A stretch of DNA of 50,760 bases from Terrimicrobiaceae bacterium (GTDB lineage: Bacteria > Verrucomicrobiota > Verrucomicrobiia > Chthoniobacterales > JAATET01), in contig JBDNGG010000027.1 in assembly GCA_041689405.1 (NCBI GenBank), forward strand, positions 1 to 50,760, written 5' to 3'. Below the pieces are notes generated by a model. The model had not been told where the DNA came from. It did not search any database and saw only the letters and a program-made list of their open reading frames with translations. The position numbers and the translations under genes were made by a program. Positions 1 through 10,770 of the stretch are shown one piece after another. Within the stretch, counting starts at the first letter, position 1, and every line of letters begins with the position of its first letter.

Positions 1-422
1 CGCAAAACGACTGAAGCCCTGGGGTCTCATGGACCCATCGTGAGGAGACGGACTTCAATTCGCGCATCCCGTCGGAGAGGCAATGCGTGGCTCGTAGTCC
101 CCACCATCAAATGAACATGGTCGGAAACACCACCCACGGCCTCCGGCACGCCACCAAGGGTGCGCACAAGACCGCCCATGAAAGCATGCAAGTCACCACG
201 CCACGCAGATGCAATGACCGGTGCATGATCCTTGGTTCCAAAAACCAGATGGTCATGCAGGCAGAGATCGGTCGATGGCAGAGTTGGGATTTTCCTCCGC
301 CCCTGCCGGGGCGAAACGCTTAATGTATCGAATTCCGGTGGGTTGCACCTCCGGCTAATTTCTTGATGGACCCTCCGGGTTTTACCTGAACATGCTCACC
401 CACCGAAACCAGCGAAGAACCT
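1..422 (-). mobile_element. IS200/IS605-superfamily Y1 (REP-associated tyrosine transposase, RAYT-like) element, copy 1. It comprises the 5' leader plus the N-terminal coding part and is cut by the window edge. The coding part (1-281) is frameshifted.
   Basis: The minus-strand translation reads LPSTDLCLHDHLVFGTKDHAPVIASAWRGDLHAFMGGLVRTLGGVPEAVGGVSDHVHLMVG (HUH motif HVH). The frame then breaks at an extra G near 95-105. There is no ATG at the expected MPST start (CTG instead). The segment is the reverse complement of 39203-39624. Confidence 0.7.
332..378 (-). repeat. REP-like leader repeat of RAYT copy 1 (GGAGGG..GAAATTAGCC..CCCACCGGAAT)
   Basis: The same three blocks, in the same order, occur at 39247-39293 and inverted at 39832-39873. 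Confidence 0.55.
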
Positions 423-479
423 GATTTACCGAATTGCCGCGTGCCTGGTGCGCCACTTAATGGCGCGAATGACCGCGCA

Positions 480-829
480 TTAGTCCTGCTGCCCGTGCGG
501 CACGCGGACGGCATCTTTCCGTCGCTCTATCAGCCCCATGTACGCTCTTGTAACACCATTGGCGAGTTCGCGAATCCGCACAGGTTTTGTAAGCATTTCC
601 GACATCCCTGCTGCCTGACAGGCATCTGGATTTCCATGAACACAAAATCAAAAGACTGCGTTTCGATGGCTTCGACCGCTTCGGCGCCAGTGGAAACCAT
701 TGAAGGCAAATGCCCCATCTTATTCAACATCCAGGCCGCCAGCTTTTGATTCACTGCATTGTCTTAGGCCACAAGAATCGAGAGAGGGAATTTCCCAGCT
801 ATTTCGCTGAGATCGGCACGTCGGGCACG
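480..829 (-). pseudogene. Response-regulator receiver-domain remnant
   Basis: The minus strand reads SILVA*DNAVNQKLAAWMLNKMGHLPSMVSTGAEAVEAIETQSFDFVFMEIQMPV, with an in-frame TAA at 764-766 where receivers have ILVAEDN. Near 613-616 the reading switches frame directly to AAGMSEMLTKPVRIRELANG. The MDG...PIIALTA core is therefore missing. Confidence 0.6.
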
Positions 830-908
830 TCATGAATACCCTATCGCCGCTCGGAAATGAAATTTTCCGGTGATTTTTTTGCGAACATGCGTCATCGTAG
901 TGAAGTCA

Positions 909-1811
909 ATGATGCCTTCTCCGAAAATCGACCCAGCACTGCATCAGTCCAAGAAGCCGGACTGGATTAAAGTACGCCTTCCATCCAACCCCGTCTTCTT
1001 TTCCACCAAGGGGTTGATCTCCGACTTGAAACTTCACACGGTCTGCGAAAGTGCCCAGTGCCCGAACCGCTGGGAGTGCTGGAGTCAGGGGACCGCGACA
1101 TTTATGATAGCGGGGGAGCATTGCACGCGGGCATGTGGGTTTTGTGCGGTCTCGACATCCAAGCCGCTGGCACTCGAAGCCGATGAACCTGCACGCGTCG
1201 CCGAGGCAATACAACGTCTGAAACTCAAGCACGTGGTGATCACAGCAGTCGCCCGCGATGATCTTGCAGACGGTGGAGCGGATCATTTTGGTCGGACTAT
1301 CGAGGCGGTGCGTGCCATGGACCCGACAGTAATCATTGAAGTCCTGACGCCGGATTTCAAAGGGAAGGAGGCATCCCTTCAGCGCGTGATCGATGCAAAG
1401 CCCCATGTTTTCAACCACAACTTGGAAACTGTGGAGCGTCTCTCACCGGTGGTGCGATCCCGGGCAAAATACCGGCTCTCATTGGATGTCCTGGCGCGAA
1501 TCAAAAAAATGGCACCCCATATCGTAACCAAAAGTGGATTGATGCTCGGCCTTGGTGAAACCGAGAATGAATTATTCCAATCGATGGACGATTTACGGGA
1601 GTCGAACGTCCAGGTGCTGACGCTCGGGCAGTATCTCCGCCCAACGCCACAGCATTTGCCGGTGGTTGAGTATGTCCACCCGGAGGCCTTCGAGCTCTAT
1701 CGTGAGATTGGTTACAAGAAGGGATTTGAATATGTTGCCAGCGGGCCGCTGGTCCGGAGTTCTTATCACGCGGCAGATTTCAATCCGCTCGACATCCAGG
1801 CGAAAAGCTGA
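909..1811 (+). CDS. lipA: Lipoyl synthase
   Basis: Contains CPNRWECWSQGTATFMIAGEHCTRACGFCAV, the radical-SAM CxxxCxxC motif plus the LipA N-terminal Cys cluster. The ORF opens at GTG 870; ATG 909 or 912 is more plausible as the start. Confidence 0.9.
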   Translation: MMPSPKIDPALHQSKKPDWIKVRLPSNPVFFSTKGLISDLKLHTVCESAQCPNRWECWSQGTATFMIAGEHCTRACGFCAVSTSKPLALEADEPARVAEAIQRLKLKHVVITAVARDDLADGGADHFGRTIEAVRAMDPTVIIEVLTPDFKGKEASLQRVIDAKPHVFNHNLETVERLSPVVRSRAKYRLSLDVLARIKKMAPHIVTKSGLMLGLGETENELFQSMDDLRESNVQVLTLGQYLRPTPQHLPVVEYVHPEAFELYREIGYKKGFEYVASGPLVRSSYHAADFNPLDIQAKS

Positions 1812-1875
1812 TCACCCCGCTTGAAGCTGATAGCGGAAGCGCGATCGATCAGGGCTCGCGACGGAAACTGCCTTA

Positions 1876-2928
1876 TCAACCATTGCGGGCGCGCCAGGAT
1901 TCCACGATCTGGCCGACGGTCTCGTGAAGCGAGACGGTGATATCCCAAGCGGGATATTGCGCCCGCATCTTCGACAAATCCGAGATGTAGCAGACGTGGT
2001 CACCGATCCTATTTTCATCGACGTAGGTGGATACCTGCTCGATTCCGGTAAATGATTCCGCGATTTTAAATGCTTCCAAAATCGAGCACGAATTCGCCCT
2101 GCCACCGCCGATATTGTAAACCTCGGCGATGCGCGGCGCAGCGATGAATTCCTCAATAAACCGGGCTACATCGTGGGAGTGGATGTTATCGCGGACTTGC
2201 TTGCCCTGGTAGCCAAAGATCCGATATTCGCGGCGCTCGAGGTTGCACTTTACAAGATAGGATAAAAATCCATGGAGTTCGACACCCGAGTGGTTGGGAC
2301 CCGTGAGGCAACCGCCACGCAGGCAACACGTCGGCATCGAAAAATACCGCCCATATTCCTGCACCATCACATCTGCCGCGACTTTCGATGCACCAAACAG
2401 GGAGTGCTTGGACTGATCAATGGAGAAATCTTCTGTGATTCCGTCCGCAAATGCCGGGTCCGCATAGTCCCAGCGGGTGTCGAGTTCGATCATCGGGATC
2501 GAGTTCGGGCGGTCCCCATAGACTTTATTAGTGGACATATGAACGAAGGGAGACTGGGGACACGCGCGGCGCGCTCCTTCCAGTAGATTCAGCGTGCCGA
2601 CCGCATTGGTATCGAAGTCATCAAATGGAATGGCGGCGGCCCGATCGTGGCTGGGTTGAGCCGCGGTGTGGACAATGGCATCCGGGCGGATCGTGGCCAG
2701 CAGGTCAACGATCCCGTTGCGATCTCGAATGTCAATCTCGTGATGCGCAAAGCCGGGAATTTCTGTTTCAAGCCGATGTTGATTCCATCGCGTGTCTCCT
2801 TGCTGGCCGAAAAACACGGCCCGTTGGTTATTATCGACGCCGTGAATTGCCCAGCCAGCCTTGGAAAAATGTTTACAGACTTCGGAGCCGATCAAACCGG
2901 ATGATCCGGTCACGAGAAGGGTTTTCAT
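1876..2928 (-). CDS. NAD-dependent epimerase/dehydratase (extended SDR, CDP-paratose 2-epimerase-like)
   Basis: Has the N-terminal Rossmann motif [10 protein letters not shown], plus STNKVYGD and YGASK (YxxxK). Confidence 0.8.
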   Translation of the reverse strand: MKTLLVTGSSGLIGSEVCKHFSKAGWAIHGVDNNQRAVFFGQQGDTRWNQHRLETEIPGFAHHEIDIRDRNGIVDLLATIRPDAIVHTAAQPSHDRAAAIPFDDFDTNAVGTLNLLEGARRACPQSPFVHMSTNKVYGDRPNSIPMIELDTRWDYADPAFADGITEDFSIDQSKHSLFGASKVAADVMVQEYGRYFSMPTCCLRGGCLTGPNHSGVELHGFLSYLVKCNLERREYRIFGYQGKQVRDNIHSHDVARFIEEFIAAPRIAEVYNIGGGRANSCSILEAFKIAESFTGIEQVSTYVDENRIGDHVCYISDLSKMRAQYPAWDITVSLHETVGQIVESWRARNG

Positions 2929-2956
2929 TACTGGGAAAATGAGAATTTACGCAGGG

Positions 2957-4024
2957 TCATTGGCAGAGCGAGATCCACGTCGGGTTGGACTCCGCAAACG
3001 TGGCAATCTCGGCAAGGATCTCTTCTACAGAAATCTGCGGTTTCCAGTCCCAAGTTGCAAGCGCCAACCCCGAATCCAAGACCACCCAAGGCAGATCAAA
3101 TGGCCGTTGCACGGGGTCTGTGCCCACCGGCAGCGGGCCCCAGCGTGCCTCGCACCAGCGGCTCAATTGGCGCAGTGAGCGCGCAGAGTCGCTGCCCCCG
3201 GAGACATTGACTATCTGCGGCCGCGACGCGTCCCGCTCCGCATGGAGCTGTTTGACAACCAGCGCTGCGACATCCCGTGGGTGCAAGCAATCGCGAACTT
3301 GATGGCCCATCCCATCGAATCCAATGTTTCGCAAATCCCGTCGCTCGCGCCACGAGTGCAACCAAAACGCATAGATCCCCTGGTCAGCTTTACCAAATTG
3401 ACCAGCGCCCGCTAGCACCCCGCAGCGGTTGATCCAGACGGGGAAATCAAAGCAATGCGAATACTCCAAGGCGAGCTGCTCCGAGGCGAGCTTCGTGGCA
3501 CCGTAGAGCGACACCGGAGCCTGTGTGGAATACGTCTCTGCGATCCCCGCTGCCGTCACACCGTGCGGCAACTGCCCCGCATCCAACGGAGCAAATGCTT
3601 CGCGCTGCACCACCACCGGCAACGCTGCCAGCGGAGGAATGGAATACACCCGGCTGGTGCTCAGGAGAATAAATCCTGCTCCAACACGGCGGCAATATTC
3701 CAAAAGATTGATCGTTCCACCCAAATTGTGCTCAACGAGCTGCCTCGAACTCGCCTTGCCATCCACACCGGCAAGCACGCTGGGGTTGGCCGCGCAGTCG
3801 ATGACCCAATCCACATCCGGCAATCCTTCCAAGTCACTCGAACAGCGCACGTCTCCGTGGATCACGCGGATGCCTCGCTGAGTCAACAGCGCCCGGTTCC
3901 GATCAGCTCCAGAGCGGCTTAGATTGTCGATGCCAAGGATCTGCACGCCAGCAATCGCGTCGTGGAGCGAGTTAGTAAGCGAGGAGCCGACAAATCCGCA
4001 GATGCCTGTGATAAGAATTTTCAT
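2957..4024 (-). CDS. NAD-dependent epimerase/dehydratase (extended SDR, CDP-paratose 2-epimerase-like), second paralogue
   Basis: Contains MKILITGICGFVGSSL, LSTSRVYS and YGATK. The start is taken at MKILITG; its ATG overlaps the upstream stop as ATGA at 4021-4024. Confidence 0.8.
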   Translation of the reverse strand: MKILITGICGFVGSSLTNSLHDAIAGVQILGIDNLSRSGADRNRALLTQRGIRVIHGDVRCSSDLEGLPDVDWVIDCAANPSVLAGVDGKASSRQLVEHNLGGTINLLEYCRRVGAGFILLSTSRVYSIPPLAALPVVVQREAFAPLDAGQLPHGVTAAGIAETYSTQAPVSLYGATKLASEQLALEYSHCFDFPVWINRCGVLAGAGQFGKADQGIYAFWLHSWRERRDLRNIGFDGMGHQVRDCLHPRDVAALVVKQLHAERDASRPQIVNVSGGSDSARSLRQLSRWCEARWGPLPVGTDPVQRPFDLPWVVLDSGLALATWDWKPQISVEEILAEIATFAESNPTWISLCQ

Positions 4025-4500
4025 GGGTTCAGAAACGGGATGTCGCCGGTACGGCCCGAGAGTGTGAGTTGACAAATAGCGTCGAAGATCGCGGTGACCG
4101 GGACAATGCCAAAAAATTGTTTGTCCTTGAACACGGGGAGATATGCCGCCTCGGACAGGGCGGATTTGGACAGCAAAATCGCCAACGAATCTCCCGCATC
4201 AACACGCGGCACACCCGGTCTCACCAATTCAGCAACCGGCGTGGTAAGGCCGCGACGAATCGAGGCGATCTGCGTATCGGAATCCACGCCCGCCATCGCC
4301 AACTCGGCACCCAGACGCTCGAGGATATCGCGCGGCTCTACGAGGCCAACAAAGTTACCGTCATTGTCCAGAACGACGATGACAATCTCCCGGAGAGTCG
4401 ATGCCGCGGGATCAAATGCAATGCCCACGGCCTCGGCGGCGGAGTGCCCGCTTCCGATGCGAACGAATTTGGCTGTCGCAAGATGTTCGGCAGTGGTCAT
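4021..4500 (-). CDS. Stand-alone CBS-pair domain protein
   Basis: 159 aa with two CBS-like halves (VVLDNDGNFVGLVEPRDIL and YLPVFKDKQFFGIVPVTAIF). There are ATGA overlaps at both ends (4021-4024 and 4497-4500). Confidence 0.7.
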   Translation of the reverse strand: MTTAEHLATAKFVRIGSGHSAAEAVGIAFDPAASTLREIVIVVLDNDGNFVGLVEPRDILERLGAELAMAGVDSDTQIASIRRGLTTPVAELVRPGVPRVDAGDSLAILLSKSALSEAAYLPVFKDKQFFGIVPVTAIFDAICQLTLSGRTGDIPFLNP

Positions 4501-6893
4501 GTCAGCGGAATCGGTGGAGCAGCAGCAGCGGGTGGAGGCGTGGGAGGACTTGAGAGTTTGTTTTGGTCTGCGTGAAGCACCTTTGTCAATCCGCGGAGCA
4601 TGGCAATCTCATCGAAGGCACCACCCAGCCGCCCGTGCGCATCTGCAACAGGCATTGCCCGAAATCCATTTCGGGCAGCAAGCGCCAGCACCTCCGATAA
4701 CACGTCATCGTGGTTTACCGTGACATCCGCAGGCCGTGCAATCCTGCGGATATCCTCAAATAACCGGGGCTCGATCAGCGCCGCCAATGCCTCGTCGTCC
4801 ATTTTCGCGGCGCGGCGGACATCCAAACCGCTTGCGAGGTGACGCAGGATGGATGGGATATCGAGTTCGGAGGTGAGTTTCCCCTCGCGACTCTGGAGGA
4901 ACACGGACTGCGGGTGTGCGGTGTTCATTCGTTTTTGAAACTGTGACACGAGCCACATTGCCTCACGGACTTGATGCCCTTCACCAAAGCGGAGGCAGCG
5001 CTTTTGCATGAGATCCGCCGCAGTGGTATCGACGAGCGTTCTACGGAGCGCATCCTGGGTAGCCACGTCGTTTGTGGAGCGCTGCATCTCGACGATCCCC
5101 ATCGCACGGGCTAATGCGAGTTCCGTGGATTGAAAAATCCGATTGTCCGCGTAGAAGATATTTTGCTCGCCGATGACCTTTCTCAATCCGGACCCGGTGA
5201 GCACGCGGCTCATTTCTTCCTCAATCCCGCAGACCACAAGGTGGATTCCGCGTGCGTGAAGCAACTTGTGAAAGTGCTCCAACATCGCCATGGCACTACT
5301 GCCGACAGCCCGCAGCCGCTTCATCCGCAAGACAACCACACGCGTCTCGGGCTTTAACGCCTGTAGTAATTCGTAATCCAAATCCTCCGCCGCGGCGAAA
5401 TGCAGATCCCCCTCCATATTGATGATCGCGACGGGCTCCGGTGCGGCGCGATTGAATGGAACCTCCTCGAAACCAAACTCCGAGTGCTGAACGAGCTGTG
5501 TGAGATCGGGTTTGGCGGTGATGCGCAGAAGGATCACAATGGAAAGAAGCACACCGACAAACACCGCTGTCTCAAGCGGCATGAGCAATGTGGCTGCCAG
5601 CGTGCCTCCGACGACGATTTGCGAGTTTCGTCCAGATTTCCAGGTCATCGCGAGACGGTCCTTTTGAATCATGGTTACCGCTGTGACGAAGATCATCCCT
5701 GCAAGACATGCGAGAGGAATGTAATTTGCCAAGGGACCAAACGCCACGAGGACCACTGCGGTGTATAATGCAGAATATGCTGCCGCAGCACGGGTCCGGC
5801 CTCCGGACTGATAGCACACCGCGCTGCGCGTGAAGGAACCGGAGGAGACGAAACAATGGAAAAACGAACTTATCATCTTTGACACGCCCTGTGCTGCAAA
5901 TTCGCGGTTAAAGTCGAGGCGCTGGCCTGACGACGATGCGATGGCGCGAGCGATGGCGGTGGATTCAACAAGACCGAGAATCGCCAGCGCCAGCGCACCA
6001 CCGAGGAGTTCACGGATCAGTTCGAGATTCGGTCGCACGAACATTTGCGGCACGGCGAAGATATCAAATGTGGGAGTGATTTCCTGGATATCGCGCACGA
6101 TCTCCACATGGGAGTCTCCCCGCCCGGGTTCTGACCAGCCCGCCAGCCATGCCACCAAAGAAAGCAGCACCAATACCAGTAGCGCCCCCGGAACTCTCGG
6201 AGCATACTTTCGGAATCCCACCAGCAAAATTACGGTCAGTCCGCCAATCAAAAAAGCATAAGGATTCGCCTGATGAACCCGTGAAAGCGTCGCCCAGATC
6301 GTGACTAGAAAATGCCCTCCCTGCGATTCAGGGATAGATACTCCGATCAGGTTTTTGATTTGATTAGCGGCGATAAGAATTCCCGCTCCGGCGGTGAATC
6401 CGACGATTACGGAATTCGACACGTATTTGACGATTCCTCCCAAATTCAAAACACCGAACAAAAGCTGAAACAGACCCGTCAGGAAAGTCAGAGCCAGCAC
6501 GATTTCGATCAAACTCACACCATACCTCTGCGGCATGGCTGCGGTGAGGCTTAGGATAATCATGCACATCGCATTTGTCGGCCCTGTAACCAAATGCCGC
6601 GAACTACCAAAAACCGCGGCGATCAATGTCGGGATGATCGACGTATAGAGCCCATAAACCGGCGGCAGTCCGGCGATGAGGGCATATGCCATGCCTTGAG
6701 GGACTCCCATCACCGCAATCGTCAGCCCTGCGCTCGCGTCGGCCCGCGCATCGGCTCGAAAATAATTTGTGATCCTGCGTAGCGCCGACGTGGGTATCAA
6801 CCCGTCCGCATCGCCTGATCCCGTAGTGTCTGTCATCTCCGAAGCCCAACCTAGGTAATATCCCGCTGTTCGGGCAAGCAGGGATTTGTCCAT
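4497..6893 (-). CDS. SulP-family anion transporter fused to a STAS domain and a C-terminal CBS pair
   Basis: SulP signature GLTIAVMGVPQGMAYALIAGLPPVYGLYTS with many TM segments. STAS is VVVLRMKRLRAVGSSAMAMLEHFHKLLHARGIHLVVCG, followed by a CBS-like tail and a Pro-rich end. The start is taken at MDKSL (6893); the ORF opens at 7007. Confidence 0.8.
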   Translation of the reverse strand: MDKSLLARTAGYYLGWASEMTDTTGSGDADGLIPTSALRRITNYFRADARADASAGLTIAVMGVPQGMAYALIAGLPPVYGLYTSIIPTLIAAVFGSSRHLVTGPTNAMCMIILSLTAAMPQRYGVSLIEIVLALTFLTGLFQLLFGVLNLGGIVKYVSNSVIVGFTAGAGILIAANQIKNLIGVSIPESQGGHFLVTIWATLSRVHQANPYAFLIGGLTVILLVGFRKYAPRVPGALLVLVLLSLVAWLAGWSEPGRGDSHVEIVRDIQEITPTFDIFAVPQMFVRPNLELIRELLGGALALAILGLVESTAIARAIASSSGQRLDFNREFAAQGVSKMISSFFHCFVSSGSFTRSAVCYQSGGRTRAAAAYSALYTAVVLVAFGPLANYIPLACLAGMIFVTAVTMIQKDRLAMTWKSGRNSQIVVGGTLAATLLMPLETAVFVGVLLSIVILLRITAKPDLTQLVQHSEFGFEEVPFNRAAPEPVAIINMEGDLHFAAAEDLDYELLQALKPETRVVVLRMKRLRAVGSSAMAMLEHFHKLLHARGIHLVVCGIEEEMSRVLTGSGLRKVIGEQNIFYADNRIFQSTELALARAMGIVEMQRSTNDVATQDALRRTLVDTTAADLMQKRCLRFGEGHQVREAMWLVSQFQKRMNTAHPQSVFLQSREGKLTSELDIPSILRHLASGLDVRRAAKMDDEALAALIEPRLFEDIRRIARPADVTVNHDDVLSEVLALAARNGFRAMPVADAHGRLGGAFDEIAMLRGLTKVLHADQNKLSSPPTPPPAAAAPPIPLT

Positions 6894-6926
6894 TGCGGCG
6901 GATGTGGGTCTGCGTAGAGTAGTCCT

Positions 6927-8506
<1,580 letters not shown>

Positions 8507-8510
<4 letters not shown>

Positions 8511-9769
8511 GGTACATCAAAGCAACTCTCGTAATTGGAAGCGCATCGCTGCTTGCAGCTCTGTTGCTGGACGCCACCGGTTGGATCCAGCCGGCGGAGT
8601 TTGCAACCGGCAGTTGGTTCGCAAAAATTTCCCCCGGACTGGTCGGAACACCCCCGCTGGTCGCGTATGGTCTGGCTGCAGTGATCGCATATGCCATCGC
8701 ATGGACGGCCGTCGATATCACGCGCTTCGGCGCAAAGGTCGCCGTAGGAGCAGCCACATGGATGCTCGTGATCACGGGCTCCTGGGTTCTCTCGCTGTAT
8801 GGAACGTATGTTTCACCGTTCCAAGCTCTCGTTGCGGGCGGATTTGCGCTGGTAATCGGGCTTTTCTACAGCCGCTCCCAAGGCGGCGTGCGCAAGAGCG
8901 TCCTGATCCGCTTGATCGGTCAGCGACTTCCAAGCAAACACTTTCACGCATTGGTAGATTCCGATGATCCAGTGACGTTCCCCGGATGCCACCGCGAAGC
9001 AACGGTATTGGTTTGCGAAATTGCCAACTACGACGCGCTTTTGAATTCATTGGTCCCCGAGGATGCCGTTGCGATGACCAACCGCTTTCTCCAAACTGCC
9101 TCGGATTATCTTGTCGAATGTGGCGGCTATTTGGACCTTTGCGCGGGGGGCACCGTGCGTGTCGTTTATGGGGTTCCCATCGAAAGTGGAAATCACGCCG
9201 TCACCGCAGCACAGGCAATGCTCGGGCTCCTAGCCCGGGTTGATGAACTGAACCGCGAATGCGATGCCACTTGGCAGCAACGGATTCAACTCCGCGCGGG
9301 GATGGACTCCGGACCTGTCCTTGCAGGTGCTTTTGGCGGCACGCGTCTTGGCGGACTCAGCATCGTTGGACCTGTCGTCGACTTCACCGCACGCCTCTGC
9401 GCAGCGTGTGACCAATATGGCTCGCGGATCCTCATTGGTCCCGATACCTATCGTGATGCTCACGATGTGTTCGAATCCCGTCCGATCGAAATGTTATCCA
9501 AGCGCGACGGACGCCGCATTGAACTTTACGAAATCCTCGCGCCGAAGGGCGGTCTGACTCCTGAAGGGGTTCGGAGCCGAAAGCATTTTTGGAATGGTGT
9601 CATTTTGTTCCGCGAAAACAAGTGGCAGTCAGCTCTGGAGGAATTCTCCCTCGCCCGGATCATCGGGATCCCTGATCCGGCGCTCGATTTTTACGTGCTC
9701 CGCAGCGAGCGAGCCCGCCGAGGAGAGGCATCCGTTACCGAACTACCCATGTTTGGCTCCGCCGCATGA
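8507..9769 (+). CDS. Membrane-anchored class III nucleotidyl-cyclase homology domain protein, probably catalytically degenerate
   Basis: About four N-terminal TM helices are followed by [12 protein letters not shown]...[19 protein letters not shown]...[16 protein letters not shown]...[12 protein letters not shown]. The start overlaps the upstream stop (ATGA at 8507-8510). Confidence 0.7.
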
Positions 9770-9792
9770 TTTCGGAACGCCAACCCGTCTAG

Positions 9793-10398
9793 TTGCTCGT
9801 GACAGCAATCGATTACCCCGAGCCATTCCTTGCCCTCGTGCGGGAGTTACGGCGTCTTCCCTCCGTGGGTCCCCGCAGCGCGGAGCGTATCGCGCTCTGG
9901 ATGTTATCCTCCGCGGATGCAAAACCCGCTGCTTTGGCCGAAGCGTTAACCTCTGCATCCACTGGCGTGCAACGGTGCACGTGCTGCGGATTTTTTGCCA
10001 CCGAGCCAAAATGCACCGTGTGTGCAGACCCGCAGCGCGCAGGACAAGCCATTTGTGTCGTGGAGACAGCAACAGACATTTTGCCTATTGAGCGCACTGG
10101 AATTTTTGCAGGCCGCTATCATGCACTTGGAGGACGCCTCGCCCCGCTTGACAACATAGGCCCCGAGGACCTCCGGATCAGTGCGTTGATCGACAGAGTC
10201 CGGACGGAAGCACCCACCGAAGTCATCCTCGCCCTGAGCGCAGATGTTGAAGGAGAAGCTACGGCGAACTACATCGCAGATCTTCTCTCGGATTGCCAGG
10301 TCCCTGTGACACGAATCGCACAGGGACTACCCGCTGGTGGCGGACTGGAGCACGCAGATCAATTAACGCTTCAGCGGGCTCTTGCCGGGAGACGGTAA
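9793..10398 (+). CDS. recR: Recombination protein RecR
   Basis: HhH region LRRLPSVGPRSAERIALWML, zinc finger CTCCGFFATEPKCTVC and Toprim region ICVVETATDILPIERTG. The start is TTG 9793 or GTG 9799. Confidence 0.9.
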   Translation: MLVTAIDYPEPFLALVRELRRLPSVGPRSAERIALWMLSSADAKPAALAEALTSASTGVQRCTCCGFFATEPKCTVCADPQRAGQAICVVETATDILPIERTGIFAGRYHALGGRLAPLDNIGPEDLRISALIDRVRTEAPTEVILALSADVEGEATANYIADLLSDCQVPVTRIAQGLPAGGGLEHADQLTLQRALAGRR

Positions 10399-10412
10399 GC
10401 CAGCGATCTGAA

Positions 10413-10700
10413 TCACCGGATTTCGCCGCGTGCCCAGTGGGCGGGAACCCAGACCCGTTGACCGCGTGCATCGCGACCCCAGAAACCTTCCACCCAGACA
10501 TCACCCGCCGTGCGAGGTTGCTCGTGACCGGCGTAATACGCATCCGATTGCGCATACTTAGGGCCGGGGTCCAGCGCATCAAATAACATCCGTCCGAGGG
10601 GATCCGGCGGACGAAGCCGCCCTTCGGAGTTCACACATCCGGTAAGGGACATTGCGAGAGTTGCAGCGAGTCCGAGGGCACAGGACGGGAGGTTTTTCAT
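10413..10700 (-). CDS. Small lipoprotein, function unknown
   Basis: MKNLPSCALGLAATLAMSLTGC carries a lipobox (LTGC). The C-terminus is Trp-rich (VWVEGFWGRDARGQRVWVPAHW). Confidence 0.55.
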   Translation of the reverse strand: MKNLPSCALGLAATLAMSLTGCVNSEGRLRPPDPLGRMLFDALDPGPKYAQSDAYYAGHEQPRTAGDVWVEGFWGRDARGQRVWVPAHWARGEIR

Positions 10701-10770
10701 TTGAGGATCGATTACGCAGCAAAGAGTAGGCCACGCGTCCGTCCCACGCAATCACGCATCCACGCGATGC

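Noticed and set aside
818-835. Adjacent direct repeat GGCACGTC-G-GGCACGTC upstream of lipA
   Set aside because: It lies inside or at the edge of the receiver-domain remnant on the other strand. A single occurrence is not enough to call an operator.
906-1418. Long antisense or shadow ORFs inside well-supported genes (for example 906-1418 -, 3455-3922 +, 4094-4723 +, 33468-34070 -, 33520-34434 +, 36122-36823 +, 38059-38706 -, 40291-41085 +, 47702-48616 +)
   Set aside because: They are typical of GC-rich DNA. The translations are Arg/Ser/Pro/Gly-rich without motifs, and each is fully covered by a gene with clear family signatures on the other strand or in another frame.
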